From Alloascoidea hylecoeti (taxonomy: Eukaryota), in the NCBI GenBank assembly GCA_001600815.1, contig BCKZ01000002.1, positions 62,001 through 126,000 of the forward strand: a DNA stretch of 64,000 nucleotides, read 5' to 3'. The notes under the pieces are model-generated. The model did not search any database. It was not told the origin of the DNA and saw only the letters and a list, made by a program, of their open reading frames with translations. Positions 25,689 through 36,587 of this stretch are shown in pieces. How positions within the stretch are numbered: the stretch's first letter is position 1; every line of letters starts with the position of its first letter. Both the position numbers and the translations under genes were made by a program.

Positions 25689-25899
25689 ATGTGTTTGAAT
25701 ATACAAATAAAATATATAGATGCATATAGATTATACTTATATTAACTGGTTTTGTTGGCATTTAATATTATTTCTGGTTAGTTAATTAATTTCAAATCAG
25801 TTCTCCGTGGCCGGGTAATTTATTTCTTCTGGATAAATATACCAATTCATTGCAATGTTCCATTTCTCTTTTAAACATCATCCACTGCTATCACCAAAA

Positions 25900-26897
25900 A
25901 TGGTTTTATTTTCACGCGTTTTACTTTGTATCCCATTCATTGGAGCTGTGCTCTCATCTTCTGAAACGGAACCAGTAACTACTATTTTGGGGATTGGAAA
26001 CCTTTGTGTATGTGGGATCCCAAGACAGCTACAGCGCTTAATGCTTTTTTGGTCATTCTAATATAACATATATAGAATGATGATGAATACTTGAAGTGTC
26101 ACCAGAAGGTCGTTAAAATGACTGATTTATGTGATGTGAACGACCGTCCATGCGAATGCAATCACATTGCAATAATCCAAAATGAATGTATAATGTTTTG
26201 TGAAGGCAACTATGTATGAAGTTTGTGATACCTTAAAATATATGGAGGGTTTATATACCAGCCATATTTATTGACAGGCGCTTACCAGTTCAAATTATAG
26301 GATCATAATATTCATGATATGTTGACATTGGCTTGCCTTAATACCAAATTAGACAATAAAGTCTATGCCAACACTACTGCCCCAGAGCCTACAAATACTC
26401 CCTCTTTTGATGTTGTGGATGAAGATGCTGATGATTGTTTTCAAAATGTTGACCCTGTTGAAAGAGAATTTATTTTAGAGGACTCCGATCATGGCTCAGA
26501 TACCACTTCAAAAACAAACGAAGGAATGAAGAGCGTTATTATAGATGAAGATAACAATGAGGAAGATGAAGATGACCCTCTAGGAAGTAAGCAATAAATA
26601 CCCTCCACCTATTATAATGTTGGTGATGATTGACATTTCTATATATTATTTCTAGAGTCTATTAATCTACATGGTCCTGCTCGCTCAGATCTTGGTGAAA
26701 CTCCAACAAATTCCAGTGATTTTGCAACAGTTTCTCCTTCTTTTACTTCAAAATATACTGATGGCAATTCTACGCTCAAAATTAATATCACTCTTGAAGA
26801 AGATACAAGTAGCAGTACTGGAATCGGATCTACAACAATTCTTGTGATGTTCAGTGTTATTATGGCTGCTGCTATTGCTGTTATTACTGCGGCATAA
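25900..26897 (+). CDS. GPI-anchored secreted protein with 8-Cys N-terminal domain, about 257 aa; exons 25900-26007, 26076-26213, 26301-26586, 26656-26897
   Basis: Signal peptide, three GT-AG introns that keep frame, Cys pattern C-x7-C-x10-C-x6-C-x-C-x9-C-x3-C-x15-C, acidic/ST linker and hydrophobic tail TSSSTGIGSTTILVMFSVIMAAAIAVITAA*. Confidence 0.8.
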
Positions 26898-27038
26898 TTG
26901 TACTATTATGCATATATGGGTAGGGGAAGACCTATCGCTATAGCTAGGAGAATGGTATAAATCATAGAGTAGTATATTATAAATATAATTGGCTGATATA
27001 CAACTTCGTGGGTAGTTCCGAGAGAGTGACCGTTCCAG

Positions 27039-27182
27039 TGACTGGCTGTGATGTAGCAACCCATATTGCCAGTCCAAAAGGGAAACATGTGAGTCAAATT
27101 GAGCAGTCAGCACGAGTCATCCGTAATTTTAGGTGGGGCCGGTCTCGGGGTTACCCGGTTTCAACCAGTCAGCCTTGACTCA
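27039..27182. promoter_or_regulatory. TGACT/AGTCA half-site cluster, including two TGASTCA (Gcn4/AP-1-like) and a Reb1-like TTACCCG, upstream of VHR1
   Basis: TGACT 27039, TGAGTCA 27090, AGTCA 27105/27115/27167, TGACTCA 27176, TTACCCG 27151. Confidence 0.5.
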
Positions 27183-27262
27183 TTTGATTCATGATCACCT
27201 TAAACTTTGTTTGAATCTTCCAAATAAATGAAACAATCCTTCTATTTCTCGTTTATTATATC

Positions 27263-29392
27263 ATGTCCCTAACTACAACACGGAAAAACGTAGATCAACC
27301 TTCACCTTCACTCGTGGACTCTTCTCTGGAAAACCAAGCAGCTTCTTCCATACTAATGTTAGCTTCCACTAACACCTCATCCGATCCCCGAAGTAATCCA
27401 ACAACGTCCCTTAAAAGCACTTCTAAACAATACGGAGACTCCCTTTCCCCACCCTTGAGCTCTAACTCCGCTGGTGCCAGCTCTGCTGCCGAAGACCACT
27501 TATCTGATGAAGACGACGAACATGATGATTCAGAAAACGACCATGACTCAAATGATTCAATTCATGATATAGTAGACACCCCAATGAGCACTTCAAACAT
27601 TCACGACGAAAATTCTGTGAGTGCCAATACGATGTATCCAAACTCTAAAGATTCTAGGAAACTGAAAGATGGAAAGGGAACTATTGGTTTCACTCGAGCT
27701 ATTCGCTCAAAACTCAATTTTACAAACGACTCTCAATGGAAAAAGTTCTCGGCTAGGCGACTTGAACTGATAGATTCTATGGCATTATCAACCAAAAAAG
27801 CCTCTGAACAGGATGAGGAAATAAAAAATGTTGCCAATACTTTAAGGATTGAATTTGGCTTTCCTGATGATGCTTTGGAAGATTTCGATAAGCTAGTTAA
27901 GGCCGCTATTCAGTCTGCAAGACGAAATAGAAAACGCCTAAACAAGAACAAAAATCAGGCAGACCCTGTTAAAGACAAACAGAGCAGCAAAAAAACACCC
28001 CGAACAAGAAGCAGAAGCAATGGGACCCGAGCCAACTCCACAACAACAGGTAATGATGATATGGATATTGATGAACCCTTACCCTCCCAACAAGTTCCGA
28101 CCTCCCCTTGTCATTCCGGTTCAAGTTCAAGGACTAGGGAGAAAAAAAAGCATCGTTTTGTTGTTTATACATCGGATAATAATGGGACGGATGCACGTCT
28201 CTCTGCTGATGAGAATTTATCTGATATTGTTGTTTCCCAAAAACGGCGGCGAGCCCATAGTAAATCCCACACGTATACTCCGTCAAGATTTTCAGATAAC
28301 TCTTCGATAGACGATACAAATATGAATGTAAACTCAACTCAAAAACACAGTGTCCCAATTGGATCTCTTGTTAACAATAAGTTCCCAGTTAGACAATCTT
28401 TACCCTCAATATCATCACTGACCGTCGAAACTCCCACTACACGCATACAATCTTCAAAACAGAAACTACTACTGTATTTAAGGAGATCCAGATCATGTGC
28501 TAGCCCTGAAAAGCTAGCCTCTGAGAACCTGGGGTTTTTAGGCAGTTCGGCTATCAGTGCAACTGTTGCATTCGTAATGGAAAGATATTTCTCGAACCTA
28601 GCTCCTTTTTCAATTGAAAAGTTAAGGAGTAAGCTAGTATCTGACGCTTCTCTATCAGCAATTGTCAGAAATCTAAATTTACTACCAACAAATCCAACAA
28701 TTGAATGTAATGATCATAAATTAACTGCAAAATACTTTAGATTTTTAATAGGTTCTTGTATTAGAGATTTTGGTTTTGATAATGTTATATTTGCTTTATC
28801 TGATATTTTTCATGAAATTCTGAATGAGGAATATCCTCCTAGTAAATTGGCCTTGTTATCTGCCCCTGAAGTTCCACAACCTCCACAGAATAACGAACAA
28901 ACACCAATGATTTCTGTTATAAAACCGGTGACACTAAAATTTATGTCCCAAGTTTTGCATTTTACATATGCTCCTTTAAATTCACCTCCGCCAACTATAC
29001 ATGAACTAATTGAAAATGGCAAAACAGCATTCCATATTCTCAGTGATTCAAAGGTACTACGACTTCGAGATTTAATTAGAAATGAAGTTGTTTACACGGA
29101 TACTCAGCTAGAGCAATTATTCAAAAGGGATAAAGTTGAATTGGATCTTTTCTTTCCTCCAGTTCTACAACAGCAGAGACCAAGCAGAGATACTATCGAA
29201 TCCCCGGGGATTATTCTTCCCGATATAAGTCATATGGCTATGGGGATGCCTCCTAAATTTGATTCAACTTCCATATCTAAACAGAGCCCTAGCCCTACAT
29301 CTCCTCCCATTGGAAGTGGTATAGGAGGTGATGAATATCCTCGGATACCAAACTTGAATACACGTCTTCCTCATTTTCAAAGACTATTATAA
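27263..29392 (+). CDS. VHR1: Vhr1/Vhr2-family transcription factor
   Basis: Vhr1 domain GFTRAIRSKLNF...WKKFSARRLELID...KKASEQD...DFDKLVKAAIQSARRNRKR. Confidence 0.9.
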   Translation: MSLTTTRKNVDQPSPSLVDSSLENQAASSILMLASTNTSSDPRSNPTTSLKSTSKQYGDSLSPPLSSNSAGASSAAEDHLSDEDDEHDDSENDHDSNDSIHDIVDTPMSTSNIHDENSVSANTMYPNSKDSRKLKDGKGTIGFTRAIRSKLNFTNDSQWKKFSARRLELIDSMALSTKKASEQDEEIKNVANTLRIEFGFPDDALEDFDKLVKAAIQSARRNRKRLNKNKNQADPVKDKQSSKKTPRTRSRSNGTRANSTTTGNDDMDIDEPLPSQQVPTSPCHSGSSSRTREKKKHRFVVYTSDNNGTDARLSADENLSDIVVSQKRRRAHSKSHTYTPSRFSDNSSIDDTNMNVNSTQKHSVPIGSLVNNKFPVRQSLPSISSLTVETPTTRIQSSKQKLLLYLRRSRSCASPEKLASENLGFLGSSAISATVAFVMERYFSNLAPFSIEKLRSKLVSDASLSAIVRNLNLLPTNPTIECNDHKLTAKYFRFLIGSCIRDFGFDNVIFALSDIFHEILNEEYPPSKLALLSAPEVPQPPQNNEQTPMISVIKPVTLKFMSQVLHFTYAPLNSPPPTIHELIENGKTAFHILSDSKVLRLRDLIRNEVVYTDTQLEQLFKRDKVELDLFFPPVLQQQRPSRDTIESPGIILPDISHMAMGMPPKFDSTSISKQSPSPTSPPIGSGIGGDEYPRIPNLNTRLPHFQRLL

Positions 29393-30259
29393 GGGGCTCT
29401 ATTTGTGTACAACTGTCGTACATGTGTTGCATATCTTTACATTAATTACAACTAAATTAAATGTGAAAAGTATTTTAAAGAGAACTTATTTACATCTTGT
29501 TTTTATATTGCAATATTTTATTTTTTATGGTATCAGTTACAATAATGAAATGTATTACGTACTAGTACGTTATTTATAACAAGCCTGGGGCTAGGATTGA
29601 TGTAGCAAAAAATAGGAATAGAGTATAACTCTTCACAGACGAATCCATGAATTAAATATGGCTTCTATGAGGTCATAGCTCTCCTTCTAATACATCGACT
29701 ATCTACATCTTAAGCTGCAGATAGAAATCAACATTCAGCATACGAAGGCGTATACCGTCCGTTCTCAGGACTTTACACAACTATCCCTTAACTTAAACTT
29801 ACATCTTTCCTCACGTTTTTGGTTATTTGCAATTAATGTGTTTGAATTTTGTTTTTGTAATATATCCATATATAAGTAGCTATAAGTTATTGTTCATTTA
29901 ATTTCTAATATGATATTAGTTACCGCTGTAAATAACAGTAAATAATAAAATATGGACTACTAAGAAATTGGTCTAAAAGTAGATAATAATTGGCCTATAT
30001 TCACAGCATAAATGGCATGAGACACGTTCTGATATTCAAACCAATTATTCGTGTGTGGTAAATCGATCTATTTAGTGGTTATTTGCGTGGAGCTTCGAAT
30101 TCTCCTTTAGATTTTCCTCTGTCCACGAACACAAAACCGAATTTTATTATTATTAATATTTTCCTAAAATACCTTCAGGTAATCATCATCAATCGAGTAT
30201 ATAGAGCTTGCTGGTCAATAAATTTCTATAAATACCTCTACTTCATTTTAATCAATATC

Positions 30260-31855
30260 ATGAGCAGCTTAATCACGTCGTTCAAGCCTGCCTCGAAAAT
30301 ACCAACTCAAATATCACACAAAACATCAAGCGAAATTAAAGGAAATGTTAATCTAAGCAAGAAAAGTGGCTTATATACAGATGTTGTACCTAATAATAGG
30401 AATAATGTATCTTTTAAGAGACATTCAGCTCGCATAGTATCAAACGGATCAAAGATATCAAAGAAAGAAGATAGATGTACTACAGCAACTTACTCACCAT
30501 TCCAAAAAGTCGCAAAAAGAAAACCTCCTAGTGATAGATACATTTCTAGGCCATGCCTAAAGTCTGGCTTAATCAAATTGAATCTTAACACAAGAGAGGT
30601 TGAACCTGATAGCTATATTGGCCATACAACTTCAACGCAACATTCGGATACAAATCCCAGTTGCAAATCAATACCCGATACAAATGTTAGATACAAGGCT
30701 TCAATTGCAAAGGCTTGTGGTTATGATATCACTGAAACACGAATATTGCAATTTCAACCACCTGCTCCCCAATCATCAAGATCAATTGATTACAAATATT
30801 CTTTGATGGGTCAATACTGCTCTACAAGAATCGATTTACCATGCGTAGCTAACAAGAAGAGAAGAATTTCAAGATACCCTTTCCGAATTCTTGATGCTCC
30901 AGGAATTATTGATGATTACTATTTAAACCTATTAAGCTGGTCAAGGGAAAACCAGATAGCAATCGCACTCGAGAATTCAGTTTATATTTGGGACGCAACC
31001 ACTAGCAAAACACTTGGATTAATTGAAAATCCTTTAACTAATTCATATATTTCGTCTCTCAGATGGTCTCAAGATGGAGGGTTATTGTCTATTGCTAATT
31101 GTGATGGCGATATACAAATATGGGACGTTGGCGTACGGAAAAAGTTAAGAACCATGAAAGGGCATACTACAAGAGTTGGCTCAATGAGCTGGAATAAACA
31201 TATTTTATCCTCAGGAGCAAGGGACGGATCGATCTGGAATCATGATGTTAGAATACCCGAGCACAAAATTTCAGAACTGAATCACCATCACAGTGAAATA
31301 TGTGGTCTTGAATGGAGAGAAGATGGAGGACAATTAGCCAGTGGAGGAAACGATAATGTTGTAAATATTTGGGATAATAGAAATTTTGACCTTCCACAAA
31401 TCTCGAAAAATACTCATACTGCTGCAGTTAAAGCTTTGTCCTGGTCCCCCCGTCAAAATAATCTATTGGCAACCGGAGGAGGTACTGGTGACTCAAACAT
31501 TCATTTTTGGAACACTGCAACAGGCTCGAGAATCAATAGCATCAATACTGGTTCTCAGGTCACCTCTATTAGGTGGAGTACAGAATATCAAGAGTTTGCT
31601 TCCACACACGGATATCCCGACAATAAGCTAATGGTTTGGAGCTATCCTAGTATGTTAAAGATATTTGAAACAGTTGCACACGACAGTCGCGTTCTTCATT
31701 CAAGCTTATCTCCGGATGGTTCAGTGTTATCTACCCTAGCAGCTGAAGAGAACCTCAAATTTTGGAAATTATTTGAAAATAAAAACAAAAGAAAGGTTAT
31801 GAGAGGTAGGAATGATGGAGTCAATGGTGAAATAGCAACTACTTCTCTAAGGTAA
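30260..31855 (+). CDS. CDC20: Cdc20/Fizzy-family APC/C co-activator (divergent WD40 protein); true start probably ATG30260
   Basis: C-box-like DRYISRP, MIM-like RILQFQPPAP, RILDAPGIIDDYYLNLLSWS, LASGGNDN, AAVKALSW, EENLKFWKLF and a C-terminal LR tail. May be a paralog rather than the main CDC20. Confidence 0.85.
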   Translation: MSSLITSFKPASKIPTQISHKTSSEIKGNVNLSKKSGLYTDVVPNNRNNVSFKRHSARIVSNGSKISKKEDRCTTATYSPFQKVAKRKPPSDRYISRPCLKSGLIKLNLNTREVEPDSYIGHTTSTQHSDTNPSCKSIPDTNVRYKASIAKACGYDITETRILQFQPPAPQSSRSIDYKYSLMGQYCSTRIDLPCVANKKRRISRYPFRILDAPGIIDDYYLNLLSWSRENQIAIALENSVYIWDATTSKTLGLIENPLTNSYISSLRWSQDGGLLSIANCDGDIQIWDVGVRKKLRTMKGHTTRVGSMSWNKHILSSGARDGSIWNHDVRIPEHKISELNHHHSEICGLEWREDGGQLASGGNDNVVNIWDNRNFDLPQISKNTHTAAVKALSWSPRQNNLLATGGGTGDSNIHFWNTATGSRINSINTGSQVTSIRWSTEYQEFASTHGYPDNKLMVWSYPSMLKIFETVAHDSRVLHSSLSPDGSVLSTLAAEENLKFWKLFENKNKRKVMRGRNDGVNGEIATTSLR

Positions 31856-32011
31856 TATATGCATTAAGTACTTTAACAAATATAATTTTTCATAATTCAA
31901 AGTCTCTGGAGACTAAATAATGAACACTATTCTACTATTAAATAAGAATACTAAGAAATAAACTAAAAAACTATTTTGTACAATGAGTAACACGTAAAAA
32001 TGAAGATGCTT

Positions 32012-32650
32012 TTATGAGCCAAATCTCTGCGCTCTTTTTCTTCTTCTCTCCTCGTCTTCCGAGGAAAATTTCTGTTCAGCAGATCCAGTAGGCTTCTTAT
32101 AAGGACCCTTTCTGTTATTAAATCTTCCTCCTCTTCCTCTGAATTTTCCTCCTCTTGCACGATGAAACCCATTCCCTAATTCGCTGTCCAAACCTGAACT
32201 TACTAGTTTATCAGTTTCGACAATACCAAACTTTTGAATTCTAATGAGTGATTTCTCAGCATCAGCTTGACCAGCAGCATCACCGAATTTCTTAGCACGT
32301 TCAATTTGTTTTTCCAAGTCAGAAATAGCTCTAGCTGTTTTTTCCTCAAGTGTGAGTTCCTTTATTGGCGCAACAGGAGGTTCTGGGTACTTTACAGTTA
32401 GAGTTTTCTCTTCCGAAGCTGATTGTTGAGGTGTTTCTATATTGGATTCAATTGGTACATCATTGGTTTGCTCTGGGGCCTCTGAAACAGGTGGAATAGG
32501 ATCTGGTTGTGCTTTAGGTTCAGACTGAATTTCATTGTCATTCTCCGTCAAACGAGCAATCAAATCCTTCTTAGCACCTGAAATTGATAATTTTCGGGCT
32601 TTAAGTAGCTCTTTTAAATTAGCAACGGTTTGAGAAGAATATTTGGACAT
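32012..32650 (-). CDS. THO1: SAP-domain ribonucleoprotein Tho1/CIP29/MOS11
   Basis: N-terminal SAP YSSQTVANLKELLKARKLSISGAKKDLIARL, RAKKFG/RIQKFG/RAQRFG repeats and an RGG segment. Confidence 0.88.
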   Translation of the reverse strand: MSKYSSQTVANLKELLKARKLSISGAKKDLIARLTENDNEIQSEPKAQPDPIPPVSEAPEQTNDVPIESNIETPQQSASEEKTLTVKYPEPPVAPIKELTLEEKTARAISDLEKQIERAKKFGDAAGQADAEKSLIRIQKFGIVETDKLVSSGLDSELGNGFHRARGGKFRGRGGRFNNRKGPYKKPTGSAEQKFSSEDEERRRKRAQRFGS

Positions 32651-33400
32651 GTCAACGTTGTTACTAATGAGTATGGGGGTTGTTTATTTATTAAAGGGCG
32701 AAGATTTACCCTGTCTTTATTTTACTCGCTTTCAATTATTTTGGCAAAGAATCTTTCAAAGAACGATGAAATGTTGGGATACTTGCTCTAAGCTTAATTA
32801 AGTGATCATGATTTATTGGAGAAGGGAAGGAATATTTATTTATGATGATATATTGTTTTAGTACGTTTACTTCAGTTGCTCCAAGGAAATTAATTTGAGA
32901 ATATGATATCAATAAGTTTCCCAATCAGTTGGGCCCAACTAGAAGTTGGGCTTATCATTGGAAACCAGGATATTTTCTACTTTCTTTAAAAGAAAAAGTG
33001 TTCACCCTTAATTATATATGAGTGTATATATACGTACTAGAGAGGGGGTTTTATACAGTTTGAATAATCCCATTCATATATGTTGACTAAAAATCTATGA
33101 AATGTTGGGCTATATTAGCCGATGTAGTGCCGTATACGTAAGTATTATATAAAAGTAAAGTCAAAAGACCCCCCGTAACAATAGCAATAAAAATAAAAAA
33201 ATAAAAAAGAATGTGTCTATAAATTAAAGATATATATATATATTAAGAGACAAAATTCGGAATAGTTTGTTTTTGAATATACAGAACTTGTCTTTTGCAA
33301 TTTTTTTTTTTGATTTCAATGTTTTTTTTGATGTTTTTTATTTTATGCTTAGCCTACCATAAGATGAGTATCATATCTGTACGTGTATTATTCATTATGT

Positions 33401-35489
33401 TCATATCAATATACTCTCCATAGCTCGTTTCAATCCGTCAATGTCATTATCCTTTTCAAATATAACCGATCCGTGACCTCTACCGAAGTTGAGTTTTTCA
33501 ATTTCTAATGGTCTGCCAAAAATCTTGAAGCTTCCCTCAATATCAATACTAGGGAAGAACTTTGAGAATTGGATTCGTCTATCACGATACGCTTCGATCA
33601 TTGGTTCAGCAGTTTCGATTTCGAAATGTGCCAAATAGTCCTTGTCTTTGTTGATGACTTTTTTGTGAAGTTTTGCGGCGTCCTTTTCACACAATTCCTC
33701 GTTATATTCAAGAGAGGTGATATGCTTCGGTAGTAACTCCCTTGGTATTCCTTCTGATGGTAAATCATATTTCCAGTAACAATTACCATCGTTTATATTA
33801 ACTATTTGGAGAACATTACGTCCCGTATATACCATAACATTAGTTTCTTCCATTAAAAACTTGATATCATTATTTTCCCCTTTGTTCGGGACAATTTCAG
33901 ATACTTTTGTGCCTGTTTTAGCATGAATAACATTAGATCCAGTCAAGATCCATGCTTGACGATTTGGGTTGGTATGGGAACATTCCCGATGATCTTGCTT
34001 TCGATTGAACCAATGTAAACTACCATTACGTCTTGTGAGAACTCCAAATCCATTACTATTCCGAGACCAAATAATATCGGAAACGGATGCATGCGTTATA
34101 CCGCGGGTATATTTGTCAATAAGACCAACTTCATTGGGTACAAATGTAAGGTCCCAAAGATATATGAACTCACCGTTTGATGAAACCGTGGCAAGAATTG
34201 AATCGTATGGAGACATCGAGACAAATGAAACACCAGAAGGTGGAGCAAATATAGCTAGACGCGTTTGGGTCGGGATATCAATAACCTCAATGTACTGCTT
34301 TTGTTCCATAGTTGGAAATAATAACTTGTTCAAAACAAACGGAGAAAAAAGATTACCTCTCGCATTTTGAGAAAGAATAGCGGTAGATGAGTCTGGAGCA
34401 CGATCCATATTGCCATTGATCGAGGTTGGGGGTAATCCGGATATTGTTTGGCCATGGCTGTTAAAATATCGTTTTAAACCGGCTACACCAGCATCGCCTA
34501 GCATTTTAGCAGATAACAATGCCTTTTTGGAAATTTTCGAAATGATTCTTTCAAGAAGGGGTCCATTAGGTGGTAATCTAACAGGAGTGGTACTGTCCTC
34601 GCCTATCGCAGGGCCTTTTGGGGTTCCTGATGGGGAAGTACTATTACGAATCAACTGACCGTTATCAGAACCATATGCAGGAGGACTAATGATAAGCCAA
34701 CGATCTTCAACATCGACCACAGGCATCCCATTTACAATAGTAGTCTCTATCCCCGAGAGGGGCATCGGGTAGAGTTTTGTTGAGTTGAAAAGAGTGATGG
34801 AACCCGTCGATGATGTAATTGCAAAGTAGGAGTCACTCACATTAACATGGAAAGGCGGGGGTCCCATTGAGGAAGGAGGCAACGCCAGTTTTTCAAATAA
34901 CGAGGGTGTGTTTCCAAAAATATGAACCTCAAAGTAAATAGTCTTTCTTCTGCTGATTTGTAGCAAAATGACATATTCTGATTCTATCTTGTTATTATAG
35001 TAGTTGATAGGTGTGGCAGCAACAACATGTCCCTCAACCGCGATGGAACCGATAAGGTGCAATGTTCCCCCAGCAGATGCAATTGAAGTTGGTTCTATAG
35101 GGTTACGATATGGTAAAAAGTCCCACAGTTCTACCCTATTATCAAAACCTAGTATAATCTCATTGTGGAACCCAAACTGTGTAAAATTTGGTCGATCTGA
35201 ATCAGAGAATGAACGACGGTGATCCTGATACACAGGGTGACCGGGTCCTGAAAGCGGAGGCGATGAGCTAGGGAAAACCTTTGATCTAGTCCACCTTGCA
35301 GCTGCTAAAAGCAAATCGGGTGAAGAGGAAGGGACGGACCTAAGTGTGGTAGTAGTTAGATACAAAATCCAATTAGTATAATTAGACGATAAAAACAACA
35401 TACGTTCGGTTGATTTTGGTGCGATCGTGATCGTTGGATATGACAGAAGTGGGGGAGGATGGGCATAGTGTAGTATCAGTGAGAGTCAT
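33401..35489 (-). CDS. BCAS3/Atg18-related beta-propeller protein; exons 35489-35404 and 35339-33401
   Basis: Intron GTATGT...CTAAC...TAG (35403-35340) links ATG35489 in frame. Propeller motifs VSFVSMSPYDSILATVSSNG and YTRGITHASVSDIIWS...TRRNGSLHWF resemble BCAS3/PROPPIN blades. The family call is tentative. Confidence 0.65.
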
Positions 35490-36587
35490 GAATGGTCAGA
35501 GATAGAATGTAAGCGATCCACCACTGAGTTCTGAGAAGTCAGTGTTGGTAGTAGATAAAAGAAATCTGGAGGTTTGAGCTGCTCTTATCGCAACACGTGC
35601 AGTGCTAACCCATTCCGTCGCTTCTCCTTAAGCTTCATAATAGAACGTAAAGGTCTTCAGACTGCCCCTTTGGGACATCTAGTTCATTCCAAGTTCCAAC
35701 CCTCTAGAAACATTTTTCTAAAAATATATCGTATATACATATGGTTATAACTACTCTCTGCTTAATATTATACCTTATGCTACCTGGAAACACACTGGCT
35801 GTAGAATATGCTACGACTGTTTCCCATTGTGGCGTAACGTCAATTAATTAATCTATCCATTGAAACGACCTGAGTTATGTGCTCGATCATGATGGCTAGG
35901 ACGAGACGATGATGAGTCAGTCACACTTGAGTCTTAAGTCACTGTTGACTGTTCATCATCCTATGCTACAAATAAAGATAATAATATATTTTAGTAATAA
36001 TGACGCTGATAAGTTTCAAGCAACTTTAACTTATAATTTTTTAAAGATTTAATTCATTTTTAGGACATTCTTGAATATTTTAAGTTGATGATATGTCTAC
36101 TAGCCATCGCAGCGAATGTGATATAGAGCCAAATTTCAAATGATTAATCATATAATATATATAAAAGAGTAAAAAATAGCACTCTAGATAGTATGGATAA
36201 AAATACAAAACTATGAAAGGAGATCTAGAGTTAATTGTGATCATTCAATATTAATCGGGAATATGTCTCATGTTATACTATTTACAAGTTCGTGATCGGT
36301 TCAGTATTAATCCTTATAATTAGCGCTATAGTCTGATAAAACTTCTTTCTAAGTTTTCAGTCTTTAATCACGAGCTTTCTTATTCCTCGTTTATTTAATT
36401 TTTGTAAGAACTAAACCGAGAAGCTCATTGATTTTGTGTTATCCCTGATCCCAAAGAGAATAACTTATAATCAATATAAATTTAAATGAGGATATAACAT
36501 TAATATTAAAAAGACTTATACAGTCAACACAGAGACATAAACAAGAGGCTAAAAGTCATTAAAAATCATATAATAAACAAATATTTT

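Noticed and set aside
30083..30259. N-terminal extension of the CDC20 ORF from a TTG start (similarly NEO1 49917, MMF1 50773, MRPL24 62615)
   Set aside because: These are non-ATG or UTR-like extensions; downstream ATGs give family-typical N-termini.
32927..32950. Palindrome AGTTGGGCCCAACT plus an adjacent short hairpin upstream of THO1
   Set aside because: Short and single-copy; cannot be distinguished from the general palindrome background.
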